A stretch of DNA of 64,000 bases from Bacillota bacterium (GTDB lineage: Bacteria; Bacillota; Sulfobacillia; JAIMAT01): contig JASBVM010000005.1 in the NCBI GenBank assembly GCA_029961055.1, positions 65,487 through 129,486 on the forward strand, given 5' to 3'. The position numbers and the translations under genes were made by a program. Under the pieces are notes generated by a model, which worked only from the letters and a program-made list of their open reading frames with translations, was not told the DNA's origin and did not search any database. How positions within the stretch are numbered: the stretch's first letter is position 1; each line of letters begins with the position of its first letter. Shown one piece after another: positions 50,296 to 59,762 of the stretch.

Positions 50296-51637
50296 GCTGG
50301 GGCACCCCCGGAAGCGCGGGCTCCTCCCGCAAGGCGTCGCCCGGCCCTTCCCCGGGATCGGGCGAAGCGGAGTCCAGCCGCCGCAGGAAGTAGACCACGG
50401 CCGCGCTCAGCGCGGCGTAGAAGAGGATGAAGCCCAGGAGGCTGAAGGAGATCCCGCCGCCGGTGGTGACGGCGTCGGCGGTGGACATCAGGCCGGCCAC
50501 CGCCCAGGGCTGCCGGCCGAACTCGGTCACGAACCAGCCGGTCTCCAGGGCGACGAAGCCGAAGGGCGAGGCCGCCACCAGGAGGCGGAGCGACCAGCGC
50601 GGTGGCCGGCTCCGGGCCGCGCGGAGCCAGAAGAGGAGGGCGGCCACCACCAGGAGCAGGCTGCTCCCCACCATGACCTGGAAGCTCACGTGGGTCACGG
50701 TGACCGGGGGCCAGCGCGACGGGGGGACGGCGTCGAGGCCGCGCACCGTCGCGTCGCCCCTGCGGAAGGCGAGCCAGCTGAGGCCGGCGGGGATCTCCAG
50801 CGCCCAGCGAACGGTCCGGCGCGCCGGGTCGGGCAGGCCGCCGATGCGCAGCGGCGCCGCCGCCCGGGTCGTGAACTGGGCCTCCATGGCGGCCAGCTTG
50901 ACCGGCTCGCGCACCGCCACCTGACGGGCGCTGGCGTCGCCGGAGACCGGCATGGCGACGGCCCCCACCAGCGCCACCAGCATGGCCAGCCGCAGGCCCG
51001 CCAGCCGCTCGGCCCGGAGGGGCCCCTCCGGTTCGCGCAGGAGGCGCCAGGCCGTCCATCCGGCCACGGCGTAGGCGGCGGCCGTCCAGGCGGCCAGCGT
51101 CGCGTGCACCGCCATCCGCGGCCAGACGGGGTTGCCGAGGGCGGCGCCCAGCGGATCGCTGGCCGCCGTCCGGGCCCCGTACGGGACCTGCATCCAGGCG
51201 TTGGCGGCCGTCACCAGCACGCTGGAGGCGGAACCCGCGACGGCCACCACCAGGCCGCTCAGCCAGTGCCCCCACGCCGGCAACCGCTCCCACCCGTAGA
51301 GGTAGAGCCCGAGGAAGATCGCCTCCGCAAAGAAGGCGAAGCCCTCCAGGAAGAAGGCCATCCCCAGGACCGGCCCGGCGAAGCCCATCAGCCGCGGCCA
51401 GAGGAGCCCCAGCTCGAAGGAGAGGGCCGTGCCGCTGACCGCGCCGACCGCGAAGAGGACGGCGGTCACCCCCGACCAGCGCCGGGCCAGCTGCAGGTGG
51501 ACCGGCGAGCGCCGCAGCAGCCCCAGCCCCTCCGCCAGCACCATCAGGAGCGGCAGCGTCACCCCGAAGGCGGCGAAGAGCATGTGCCACCCCAGGGAGA
51601 TCCCCATCTGCCAGCGCGCCGCCAGCAGGTCGCTCAT
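50285..51637 (-). CDS. cydA: Cytochrome bd oxidase subunit I (short Q-loop, YthA-like)
   Basis: ARWQMGISLGWH, GAVSGT, EGFAFFAEAIF, NAWMQ, PVKLAAME, FQVMVG, GWFVTEFGRQPW; ATG 51637 after GGAGGAGG. Confidence 0.95.
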   Translation of the reverse strand: MSDLLAARWQMGISLGWHMLFAAFGVTLPLLMVLAEGLGLLRRSPVHLQLARRWSGVTAVLFAVGAVSGTALSFELGLLWPRLMGFAGPVLGMAFFLEGFAFFAEAIFLGLYLYGWERLPAWGHWLSGLVVAVAGSASSVLVTAANAWMQVPYGARTAASDPLGAALGNPVWPRMAVHATLAAWTAAAYAVAGWTAWRLLREPEGPLRAERLAGLRLAMLVALVGAVAMPVSGDASARQVAVREPVKLAAMEAQFTTRAAAPLRIGGLPDPARRTVRWALEIPAGLSWLAFRRGDATVRGLDAVPPSRWPPVTVTHVSFQVMVGSSLLLVVAALLFWLRAARSRPPRWSLRLLVAASPFGFVALETGWFVTEFGRQPWAVAGLMSTADAVTTGGGISFSLLGFILFYAALSAAVVYFLRRLDSASPDPGEGPGDALREEPALPGVPQRAH

Positions 51638-51769
51638 CCGGCCTCCTCCTCCGCCGGCTAGTCTTCCCCGCCCGGGCTCGTTCCCGCCCCTGCCGGCGCC
51701 GGGAGCGGCTAGACTGGGGAGGAGGCGAGCGTCCGGGCCGCGGAGGGCCGGACGGGGAGGTGAGAGGCC

Positions 51770-52645
51770 TTGGCCGTTCCTTCGCGGAGGGCGGGAGGAA
51801 GCCCGCTCCACCTCCGGAGCGTGGAGCCTCCGGACCCGGACCCCGGGCGACCGGTGCTCCTGCTCCTTCCCGGGGCGGGCGCGGACCACCGCTCCTGGGG
51901 AGCGGAGCTGGCGGACTGGGGGCGCAGCTGGCGGGTTCTGGCGCCGGATCCGCCCGGGACCGGGCGGAGTGCGGGGCCGCTTCCCGCCGATTGGGAGGAG
52001 CTGCTGGCGGCCTACGCCCCCCTGGCGGAGGCCGCCGGACCGGGCAGGCTGGTGCTGGTGGGCCTCAGCCTGGGCAGCCGGGCCGCGCTCTCCCTGGCGG
52101 CCCGCCTGCCCAGGCGCCCCGCCGCCCTGGTGCTGGTCCACCCCTGGCTCGACGAGGACGGCGACCTGCGCGAGCGGAGACGGGCGGTGGCCGAGATGGT
52201 CCGCTGGGCGCCCGAGACGGTCTACTCGCGCACCCTGGCCTGGTTCCTGGGCTCGGCCGAGCTGGCGGAGGACCCCGACCGGCTGGAGCGGCTGGCCGCC
52301 GCCTGGCGCCCGCCGGCGGGCCCCCCGCGGGAGGCGCTCCTGGCCTACCTGGAGCTGGCGCCGGAGGTGGTGAGGCCGGAGGCGATCCCCGCCGTGCCCG
52401 CCCTGGTGGTGGCGGGCGAGCAGGACCGGATGATTCCGGCCCGCTACAGCCGGCAGCTGGCCGACCGGCTGCCCGGCGCCCGCTGGCTTCTCTTCCGCGG
52501 CCCGGGGAGCGGGCACCTGCTCCACCTGGAGCGGGCGGGGGAGTTCCGGCGGGCGGTGCGAACCTTTCTCGAGGAGGTTCTGGAGGCGCCCGCCCCGGCC
52601 GGCGCGGGCGCCCGGGGGAGGCGGCCGGATGGCGCGAACCGCTGA
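51770..52645 (+). CDS. Alpha/beta-fold hydrolase
   Basis: [18 protein letters not shown] nucleophile, GEQD, GHLLHLE. Confidence 0.85.
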   Translation: MAVPSRRAGGSPLHLRSVEPPDPDPGRPVLLLLPGAGADHRSWGAELADWGRSWRVLAPDPPGTGRSAGPLPADWEELLAAYAPLAEAAGPGRLVLVGLSLGSRAALSLAARLPRRPAALVLVHPWLDEDGDLRERRRAVAEMVRWAPETVYSRTLAWFLGSAELAEDPDRLERLAAAWRPPAGPPREALLAYLELAPEVVRPEAIPAVPALVVAGEQDRMIPARYSRQLADRLPGARWLLFRGPGSGHLLHLERAGEFRRAVRTFLEEVLEAPAPAGAGARGRRPDGANR

Positions 52646-53369
52646 GTGGGCCGGAGAGGAAGGGGCCTGGCGCAGCCACGTGGAGCAGGTGGTCCACTGC
52701 CGGCTCTGCCCCCGCCTGGTCGCCTGGCGCGAGGAAGTGGCCCGGACCAAGGTCCGCCGCTACCGCGACCAGCCCTACTGGGGACGCCCGGTCCCCGGCT
52801 TCGGCGACCGGCAGGCGCGCCTCCTCCTGCTGGGGCTGGCGCCGGCCGCCCACGGCGCCAACCGGACCGGGCGCATGTTCACCGGCGACGATTCCGGCGA
52901 CTTCCTGATCGCGGCGCTCCACCGCGCCGGCCTGGCCAACCAGCCCTTCAGCCGCTCGGCCGGGGACGGCCTTCGCCTGAGGGACTGCTTCCTGACCGCG
53001 CCCGTCCGCTGCGCCCCGCCCGGGAACCGCCCCACCCGCGAGGAGATCCTGGCCTGCCGCCCGCACCTGCGCCGCGAGCTGGCGCTGCTGCCGCGGGTGC
53101 GCGCCGTCCTGGCGCTGGGCCGCGTCGCCTGGGAGGTGGCTCGGGAGGAGTGGGGCGCCTCCATGCCGCCGGGAGAACGCTGGCCCTCCTTCGCGCACGG
53201 GCAGGTGGCGCGGCCGCTGGGCGGCCCGGCCGTGGTGGCGAGCTACCACCCGAGCCGGCAGAACACCCAAACCGGTCGGCTGACGGCCACCATGTTCGAC
53301 CAGGCGCTGGCCACGGCGCTCCGCCTGGCCCGCGGGGGGAGCGGGCAGGCGGCGGGAGAGGCCGTTTGA
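52629..53369 (+). CDS. udgB: Uracil-DNA glycosylase family 5 (UdgB)
   Basis: [46 protein letters not shown]. Confidence 0.93.
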   Translation: MARTAEWAGEEGAWRSHVEQVVHCRLCPRLVAWREEVARTKVRRYRDQPYWGRPVPGFGDRQARLLLLGLAPAAHGANRTGRMFTGDDSGDFLIAALHRAGLANQPFSRSAGDGLRLRDCFLTAPVRCAPPGNRPTREEILACRPHLRRELALLPRVRAVLALGRVAWEVAREEWGASMPPGERWPSFAHGQVARPLGGPAVVASYHPSRQNTQTGRLTATMFDQALATALRLARGGSGQAAGEAV

Positions 53370-54304
53370 AGGCTCCGCGGCGGAGCGCCCATGCCTGCCT
53401 GGAGCGCCTCCTGGGCGAGCCACTCCTCGCGTGGCGGCGGTTGGCGCCCGACTACGCCGGCCATACCAACCACGTCTGGAGCGTGGAGACGCCCACGCGG
53501 CGCCTGGTAGTCCGGCTGCCGCGCCGCCGGGCGGAACGCGTGGCGGGGAGCACGGCCTTCTGGGCGGGCGTCCGCCGGCTCTTCGGGCTCCGGCCGGACG
53601 ACGTGGCCGCCATCGCGGAGGGTTATCTCTGGCTCTCCGGGGTCGAGGGGCTCCCCGTCCCGAGGCCGCTCAGCCTGGGCCTCCACCCCCGGCCGCACCT
53701 GGTGGTGGAGTGGCTGGCGGGGAGGATGCCGCGGTCGCTGGACGGGCTGGGCGACCAGCTCGGCTCGCTGGTGGCGCTTCTCCACAGCCGGCGGAGCCGG
53801 GGGTGGGGGCGGCCCGGCGCGGCAGAACGACCGCCGGCACGGTTTCACCCGGCCCTGCAGGCGGCGATGGCGGAGCAGGCCAGGGGGTTGGCCGAGGCCA
53901 AGCCGGCGCTGAAGGTGGAGCTGGCGCGGGCGGAGGCCGCGCTCCGGGCCCTCCCCGCTCCGGGATGGATGGCCCCGGTCCTGCTGGACTGGGACCACAG
54001 CCAGCTGCTGGTCGACCGCGGCCGGGTGAGCGGCATCGTCGACCTGGACGCGCTGGCCGTCGCCCCCCGCGAGCTGGACCTGGCCGCCTGGGAGCTCCTC
54101 CTGCCGCCGGCGGAGGCCGCGGCCTTCCAGGAGGCGTACCGGCGGCGGCTCCCCTGGCCCGCCCTCGCCCCCGTCCGGCAGCCGTACCGGCTCTGGCTCT
54201 GGCTGATCGAGTTCCAGGGGCGCGTGCCGCTGGACGACTGGCTGGCCCGGCCGGGCTTCGCCGACCCGGCCGGCGCCGCGATCTCGCCGCGAAGGGGGTC
54301 GTGA
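53366..54304 (+). CDS. Aminoglycoside phosphotransferase / choline kinase-like protein
   Basis: [27 protein letters not shown], degenerate Brenner motif [20 protein letters not shown] overlaps the udgB stop. Confidence 0.7.
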   Translation: MKAPRRSAHACLERLLGEPLLAWRRLAPDYAGHTNHVWSVETPTRRLVVRLPRRRAERVAGSTAFWAGVRRLFGLRPDDVAAIAEGYLWLSGVEGLPVPRPLSLGLHPRPHLVVEWLAGRMPRSLDGLGDQLGSLVALLHSRRSRGWGRPGAAERPPARFHPALQAAMAEQARGLAEAKPALKVELARAEAALRALPAPGWMAPVLLDWDHSQLLVDRGRVSGIVDLDALAVAPRELDLAAWELLLPPAEAAAFQEAYRRRLPWPALAPVRQPYRLWLWLIEFQGRVPLDDWLARPGFADPAGAAISPRRGS

Positions 54305-54308
54305 GGGG

Positions 54309-54605
54309 ATGCCGCCGGTGGCCGTGGCACGGGTCCGGATCAACCTGCCCGCCTCCCGCAGCCTGAAGGAGAAGCGCGCCGTCCTCCGGGCCCTTCTGGA
54401 CCGGATGCGACGCCGCTTCAACGTCTCGGCCGCCGAGGTGGGCGCCCAGGACGCCCACCACCTGGCCGAGATCGGCATCGCCGTGGTCAGCGGCGAGCCG
54501 TCGGTGGCGCGCCGGGTGCTGGACGAGGTGATCCAGTTCCTGGAGACCAGCGTGGAGCTGGACGGCCGGGCCGAGGTCCTGCGCGTGGAGACCGGGCTCC
54601 GCTAG
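54309..54605 (+). CDS. DUF503 (YlxP) family protein
   Basis: SRSLKEKRAVLR, RFNVSAAEVG.QD.H, IGIAVVS. Confidence 0.92.
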   Translation: MPPVAVARVRINLPASRSLKEKRAVLRALLDRMRRRFNVSAAEVGAQDAHHLAEIGIAVVSGEPSVARRVLDEVIQFLETSVELDGRAEVLRVETGLR

Positions 54606-54619
54606 CCCGGCCGGCGGTT

Positions 54620-55021
54620 TCAGGGCTTGGGCACGCTCTCCTCGATCATCTCGGCGATGGTCCGGGTGGAACTGACGGTGCGCACGCCGATGCGCCGGAA
54701 GATCTCCTCGTTGCGGGGGTCGTTCACCCGGGCGATGACGTGGGTGCGGGTCTTGAAGGCGATGGCGATGCGGGAGATGGCATAGTTGTCCTCGTCGTGG
54801 CCGCTGGCCGCGATCACCACGTCCGCACGCTCGATGCCGGCCTCGCGCAGCGTCTCCGGGTTGGCCCCGTCGCCCACCAGGACCGCGCCACTCAGCGCCC
54901 GCACCAGCCACTGGGCCCGTTCGGGCTGCTTCTCGATCAGGGTCACCTCGTGACCGCTCTGGATCAGGTCCCGGGCGAGCGCGTAGCCGACCTTTCCACC
55001 GCCTACCACCAGCAGGTACAT
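54620..55021 (-). CDS. TrkA-like RCK_N-only protein
   Basis: VVGGGKVG, VTLIE, GDGAN..TLREAGIERAD, DEDN, IARVNDPRN; 133 aa, no RCK_C. Confidence 0.9.
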   Translation of the reverse strand: MYLLVVGGGKVGYALARDLIQSGHEVTLIEKQPERAQWLVRALSGAVLVGDGANPETLREAGIERADVVIAASGHDEDNYAISRIAIAFKTRTHVIARVNDPRNEEIFRRIGVRTVSSTRTIAEMIEESVPKP

Positions 55022-55036
55022 GGAGGCTTCCTCCCG

Positions 55037-55474
55037 TCAGGGGTTGTCGGACGCGTCCGTCCCCCGGCCCGAGGCGGGCTGCACGGCGCAGAGCAGCGCC
55101 TCCTGGACGCCCAGCTCGACCGGGACGATCACGTCGTAGCCGAACCGTTGGTAGACCTCGCTGCCCTCGGCGTCGTTGACGATCAGGACGATGCGGCGCG
55201 TGCCGAGGAGCATGTGCGCCACGTCCGCGATCATCAGGTTGGCGTTGTCGTTCTCGGTCGCCGCCAGGAGCAGGTCGGCGTCGGCGGCGCCCGCCTTGCG
55301 CAGAACTTCCCGGTCGAAGCCGAGCCCGGGGACGACGCGGACCCCGGGAAGCTCGGACAGCTGATCCAGCGCGGCGGTCCGCCGGTCGACGACGGTCACG
55401 TCGTCGCCCCGCTCCGAGAAGGCCCGCGCCAGGCGCCGGCCGATGCGACCGCATCCGACGACCACGATGCGCAT
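55037..55474 (-). CDS. TrkA-like RCK_N-only protein
   Basis: VVGCGRIG, VTVVD, LRKAGAADAD, DNANL; 145 aa, no RCK_C. Confidence 0.9.
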   Translation of the reverse strand: MRIVVVGCGRIGRRLARAFSERGDDVTVVDRRTAALDQLSELPGVRVVPGLGFDREVLRKAGAADADLLLAATENDNANLMIADVAHMLLGTRRIVLIVNDAEGSEVYQRFGYDVIVPVELGVQEALLCAVQPASGRGTDASDNP

Positions 55475-55477
55475 GAG

Positions 55478-56077
55478 CTACAGCACCTCCGACTCCTGCT
55501 GCTCTCGCGACCGCTCGGTTGCGCGCGGCCGAATGATGATAACTTCGCATCCCACCAGCGGCAACTCCCGCAGGAGACCTTCCAGCACCTCGCCCCGCTC
55601 GAAGGCCGACTCCTCCGCCACGCCGATGACGGCGATGTCGGCGCCCAGGCGGCGGACGAACTCCTTGGCCCCGTCCCAGTACTGCCGGGAGGGAACCACC
55701 CGGGTCACCGGGTGAAGCTCGAGGGAGCGGAGACCTTCCGCCAGCTCCGCCAGGAGGCCGCGCTCGATCTCCTCTTCCTGGGAGGGGGGGACGCTGAGGG
55801 AGCGGGTGAAAGGGATGCGGACCAGCGCCGCCAGGGTGACCTCCGCCTTGAGGGGTGCGGCCAGCCGGTGGGCGATGGCGACGGCGCTGGGTTCGGGCTT
55901 CCTGGGGTCGAGGAAGACCACGATGTGGCGGACGCCGCCCACCCGCGCCTCGGCCTCGGCCAGGACCCGGGGGATCGGCTTCGGGACGCGGCTCATCCAG
56001 ACGAAGTTGGCGATGGTGAGGAGCGCGATGAGCAGGGCGACCAGGATACCCGCGGCGTGTTCGGTCAGGAAACTCAC
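55478..56077 (-). CDS. Membrane-anchored universal-stress-protein-like protein
   Basis: N-terminal TM (GILVALLIALLTIANFVW), then USP-like HIVVFLD..SAVAIAHRLA..AEVTL..GADIAVIG..CEVIIIR. Confidence 0.65.
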   Translation of the reverse strand: MSFLTEHAAGILVALLIALLTIANFVWMSRVPKPIPRVLAEAEARVGGVRHIVVFLDPRKPEPSAVAIAHRLAAPLKAEVTLAALVRIPFTRSLSVPPSQEEEIERGLLAELAEGLRSLELHPVTRVVPSRQYWDGAKEFVRRLGADIAVIGVAEESAFERGEVLEGLLRELPLVGCEVIIIRPRATERSREQQESEVL

Positions 56078-57702
56078 CGCGAGCCACCTTCCGGCCGCTC
56101 GGTACGCCCCTTGGCCACGGCCTGTTCATATTCCGCCAGCAGGTGGTACTCCTCCGCCGAAGCCAGGATCTCCTTGTGCTCGGCCACCCAATCCCGGGGC
56201 AGCGTGCGGATCCCGAGCCCCGACCGCTTCCGGAAGTAGACGAAGTAGAGAAGCCAGCCCAGCACCCAGACCGGCCCGAAGATCCGCCCCACGGCATGGG
56301 TGTAGAGCACCTCGAAGAGGACGACCAGCACGCCCACGAAACCGATGGCGGCCGGCAGGGGGAACAGGTACGGCCGCCCCTCTCGCGTCCTCAAGCGGAT
56401 GTTGAATGGAATCAGGAAGGGCCGCGGCACCTCCGGCTCCTTCCTCCGCAACGCGATCAGCGCCAGGAAGACCACCACGTACCCGAGCGTGGCGCCGAAG
56501 GCGTACATGTTGCCCAGCGTGTCCATGACGCTGGGCGTGGCGAAGGCGAAGAGCGTCCAGATCAGGCCGATGCCGGAGAAGAAGAGGATGGTCCGGGTCG
56601 GTGTGAAGTGGCGCGGATGCACGTAATCGAACCAGCTGGAGAGCAGGTTGTGATGGCTCATGGAATAGGTGAGGCGCGAGACGCTCATCACGCCGGAGTT
56701 GGCGGAGATCGCCAGGATGGCCGTCCCCATGGCCGCGGTCAGCGGGCCTGCCACGCTCCCGATGAACGGCATCTTGCGCGCCAGGAGGGTGACCGAATCC
56801 TGCTCGTGACCGGCGAAGGCGTGCCAGGGCAGCGTCCCGGTGGCCAGCACCGAGTAGCCGACGCTGGTGATGAAGATGGTGGCGATCAGGGTCAGGGTGC
56901 TGCGCGGAAGGATGCGGGAGGGATGGCGCGTCTCCTGCGCCGCCTGGGAGATGGATTCCAGGCCCACGAAGGAGATGATGGCCAGCGAGGAACCGTACAT
57001 GAACTGGTGGAGTGACGGCATCTCGTGGAAGAGCTGCTGGCCAAAGAACGGCGGTGCCCAGATCGTCGCGAAGCCGAGCAGGAGGATGACCATCTTCACG
57101 ATCATGGTGGCCACACCCACGACCTGGTTGAACATGTTCGACTCGCGCATGCCGAGCACGTTGATCCAGATCAGGAGCACGATCAGGGCCAGCGTCTCCA
57201 GCAGCCAGACCAGCTGCACCTGCAGACCCAGGAAGGGGACCCTGACGGCGGTCAGGTCGAATCCGGTGAACCCGGTGACCAATGCGTTCAGATACCCCGT
57301 GGAGGAGACCGCGAAGAGGGCGATGTCGATCGTATAGTCCAGGAGCAGGGCGCTCCCGGTGATGAAACCCCAGATGTCGCCCAGGCCGCGCGTGGCGAAG
57401 TACTGCCCGCCCCCCGCCACCGGGTAGGCGGATGCGAGCTCGGTATAGGCCAGCCCGATGAGGATGTAGACGAGTCCCGCCAGCGCGAAGGCAATGGGCG
57501 CCGCCCCCTGCGCCGCCACCGTCACCAGGCCGAGGCCGGCGAAGATGTCGGCGCCCACGTCGGAGAAGCCCCACATGTACGAGCCCCAGACGCTCACCTC
57601 GCGCCGGAGCTGCGAGGGTGCCATCGCCGTAGCCCCTGCGGTGGAGCTCTTGCCCGTCGTCGACGTAGCCACCCCTGCCCTTTCGAATGCGGATTGAGCC
57701 AT
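56074..57702 (-). CDS. APC-superfamily permease
   Basis: LRREV, AYTELASAYPVAGGGQYFA, SFVGLESISQAAQE, SRLTYSMS, HPRHFTP; about 12 TMs. Start uncertain (57702, 57672 or 57624). Confidence 0.92.
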   Translation of the reverse strand: MAQSAFERAGVATSTTGKSSTAGATAMAPSQLRREVSVWGSYMWGFSDVGADIFAGLGLVTVAAQGAAPIAFALAGLVYILIGLAYTELASAYPVAGGGQYFATRGLGDIWGFITGSALLLDYTIDIALFAVSSTGYLNALVTGFTGFDLTAVRVPFLGLQVQLVWLLETLALIVLLIWINVLGMRESNMFNQVVGVATMIVKMVILLLGFATIWAPPFFGQQLFHEMPSLHQFMYGSSLAIISFVGLESISQAAQETRHPSRILPRSTLTLIATIFITSVGYSVLATGTLPWHAFAGHEQDSVTLLARKMPFIGSVAGPLTAAMGTAILAISANSGVMSVSRLTYSMSHHNLLSSWFDYVHPRHFTPTRTILFFSGIGLIWTLFAFATPSVMDTLGNMYAFGATLGYVVVFLALIALRRKEPEVPRPFLIPFNIRLRTREGRPYLFPLPAAIGFVGVLVVLFEVLYTHAVGRIFGPVWVLGWLLYFVYFRKRSGLGIRTLPRDWVAEHKEILASAEEYHLLAEYEQAVAKGRTERPEGGSR

Positions 57703-57805
57703 ATTCGTCCCGGCGCCCTCGAACCCTGCAGACCAGGGCGATTCTCGCATCCGGCCTCTTCGCCCGTCCGCCGGCGCGCGGGCAGGACCGCGACGGGGAC
57801 TCCGG

Positions 57806-57836
57806 TACAATATCTCCGCGCGCGTGAGCGCGTAAA
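57806..57836. promoter_or_regulatory. Overlapping divergent sigmaA promoters (chdC + / APC operon -)
   Basis: Plus TACAAT 57806-57811; minus TTTACG-18 nt-TATTGT (57836 to 57807). Confidence 0.5.
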
Positions 57837-57857
57837 GGGCGGGAGGGGGCAAGAGCC

Positions 57858-58559
57858 GTGAGCGTGGAAGGTGGCAGCCCGGAAGCCGGGAAGCGACGGG
57901 AGATCTATACGCTCCATGCGGTCTGGCGGCGCGGCGCGAACTGGGAGACAGCCGTCCGCGGGGAGCGGGAGCGGCTGGCCGACGAGGTGGCGGCCGCGTT
58001 GCAGTCGGAGCCCCAGCTGGCGGTGCGCGGGGTCTACTCGACGGTCGGGTTCCGCCCCGACGCCGACATCCTCTTCTGGCTGCTGGCCCCGGATCCCGAG
58101 ACGCTCCAGCGCACCGTGGTGGCGCTCCGCCGGACCGCCTTCGGGCGGGGGTGCGAGATGAGCTGGTCCTTCCTGGGCGTGGCGCGGCCTCCGGAATTCG
58201 TAGGCGACCACTTGGCCGCCTTCCAGCGGGGGATCGAGCCGAAACGGTACGTCCAGGTCTATCCCTTCGTGCGCACCCCGGAATGGTACCTGCTTCCGAC
58301 CGAGGAGAGGGCACGGCTCCTGCGCGAGCACGGCCGCCTGGGCGCCGAGTTCCCGCAGGTCTACACCAACAACGTCCAGGCCTTCGGCCTGGGCGACTAC
58401 GAGTGGATCCTCTCCTTCGAGACGGACGATTTCTCGCAGTTCGTCGACCTGATCCGGCGCCTCCGCGAGGCGGAGGCCCGGCGTTACACCAAGCTGGACG
58501 TCCCCTTCATCCTGGGCGTCCGGAAGCCGCTGGTCGAGGCGCTGGCCGACCTGGACTGA
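57858..58559 (+). CDS. chdC: Coproheme decarboxylase ChdC/HemQ (chlorite-dismutase fold)
   Basis: VRGVYSTVGFRPDAD, YPFVRTPEWYLLP.EER..LLREHG, AFGLGDYEWILSFE, ARRYTKLDVPFILG. Confidence 0.85.
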   Translation: MSVEGGSPEAGKRREIYTLHAVWRRGANWETAVRGERERLADEVAAALQSEPQLAVRGVYSTVGFRPDADILFWLLAPDPETLQRTVVALRRTAFGRGCEMSWSFLGVARPPEFVGDHLAAFQRGIEPKRYVQVYPFVRTPEWYLLPTEERARLLREHGRLGAEFPQVYTNNVQAFGLGDYEWILSFETDDFSQFVDLIRRLREAEARRYTKLDVPFILGVRKPLVEALADLD

Positions 58560-58597
58560 ACCCGGGGGGGCGGAGGGCGGCGGCTCCCGCGCGGGGC

Positions 58598-59617
58598 TCA
58601 GCGCTCCACGGGCCACTCGAGCCGCCGCCCGAGGCCGTGCCGTGCCGCAGACTCGGCCGCCTCCTGGGCGGCCAAGAGGTCCAGCTCGGCCACGCCCACG
58701 CTCTTGAAGAAGCTGGCACCCCCGTTGCGTCGCCCCTCCGGGGCGCCCTCGGCCAGAAGCTCGCCCAGCGGCCGGATCGACGGGCGCGCCACGACGCCCG
58801 CCTGCAGCGCGTCGATCAGCTCGCCCGCCTCGTTCAGCGCGGCTTCCTCTTTCTCCACCCAGATCCCGGCCTCTTCCGCCGCCCGGGCGACCAGCTCCCG
58901 GGGCAGCTCGCGCATGGCCGGGGTGAAGCTGCCGACGCCGTTGACGTGGACCGCCGGCGCGAGCCACTCCGCCCGGAGCACGGGCTCGCTGGCGGTGGTC
59001 GCGCAGGCGACGAGCTGGGCGCCGGCCACCGCTTCCTCGGCGCTGGCAGCCACGCGCCAGGTGACGGCGGAGAGACGTTCCTCCGGGAGGAGGGCGGCGA
59101 CGCGGCCGCGGAGGCGCTCGGCGTGCGGCCGCTGGGGGCTCCAGACGCGGACCTCCTCCAGCGGCAGGACAGCAAGGGCACAGGCAGCCTGGAAGGCCGC
59201 CTGGGTGCCACTGCCGATCAGCGCCATCACCCGCGTGCCGGCCGGAGCCAGGGCCCGGGCGGCGGCCGCCGCCACGCCGCCGGTGCGCAGCCCCGTCAGC
59301 ATGGTGCCGTCCAGCAGGGCACGGGGCACCCCGGTCCCGCCGTCGACCAGGAGCACCACGCCCACGGTGCCGGGCAGGCCGCGATCGGCGTTCTCCGGAA
59401 CGACGCTGACCACCTTGACCACCAGGTGCCGGGCCGAGGCCGGCATCACCAAGGCGCGTCCCCCGCCGGCGAGCCGGAGACCCTGGCGCATGGGAACCTC
59501 CGCCTCGCCGCGCCAGGCTGCGACCAGCGCCCGCGCCGCCACCTCCACCGCCCGGGCGGGAGGAAGCGCCTCCCGCACCGCCTCTCCGTCCAGCCAGAGC
59601 AACTCCACCCGCTCCAC
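58598..59617 (-). CDS. Ornithine cyclodeaminase / mu-crystallin family protein
   Basis: LVMPA, VKVVSV.PEN, LTGLRTG, IGSGTQA, HVNGVGS, FFKSVG..ELD. Confidence 0.92.
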   Translation of the reverse strand: MERVELLWLDGEAVREALPPARAVEVAARALVAAWRGEAEVPMRQGLRLAGGGRALVMPASARHLVVKVVSVVPENADRGLPGTVGVVLLVDGGTGVPRALLDGTMLTGLRTGGVAAAAARALAPAGTRVMALIGSGTQAAFQAACALAVLPLEEVRVWSPQRPHAERLRGRVAALLPEERLSAVTWRVAASAEEAVAGAQLVACATTASEPVLRAEWLAPAVHVNGVGSFTPAMRELPRELVARAAEEAGIWVEKEEAALNEAGELIDALQAGVVARPSIRPLGELLAEGAPEGRRNGGASFFKSVGVAELDLLAAQEAAESAARHGLGRRLEWPVER

Positions 59618-59762
59618 CCCCTGTCGTCAGCCCCCCTTGGCCGCGGGCAAGCGAATCTCCTTCCCGGCCTTGCTTGGCCCAAGAGGAAAAGGCGGCTACC
59701 AGCGAAAAAACTGTAAATCTCAAAGGCTCGATTCCAGTCGATCAGGAAGGGAGCGGAATCGA

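Noticed and set aside
51657..51690. GGGAAGACTA sigmaF/G-like -10 upstream of cydA
   Set aside because: No matching -35 element.
57703..57857. c-di-AMP (ydaO) riboswitch before the APC permease
   Set aside because: Conserved elements (GCUGAAUCC, CCCGUCAGCUAAC) are not present.
59705..59719. CodY box upstream of livK
   Set aside because: Six mismatches to AATTTTCWGAAAATT.
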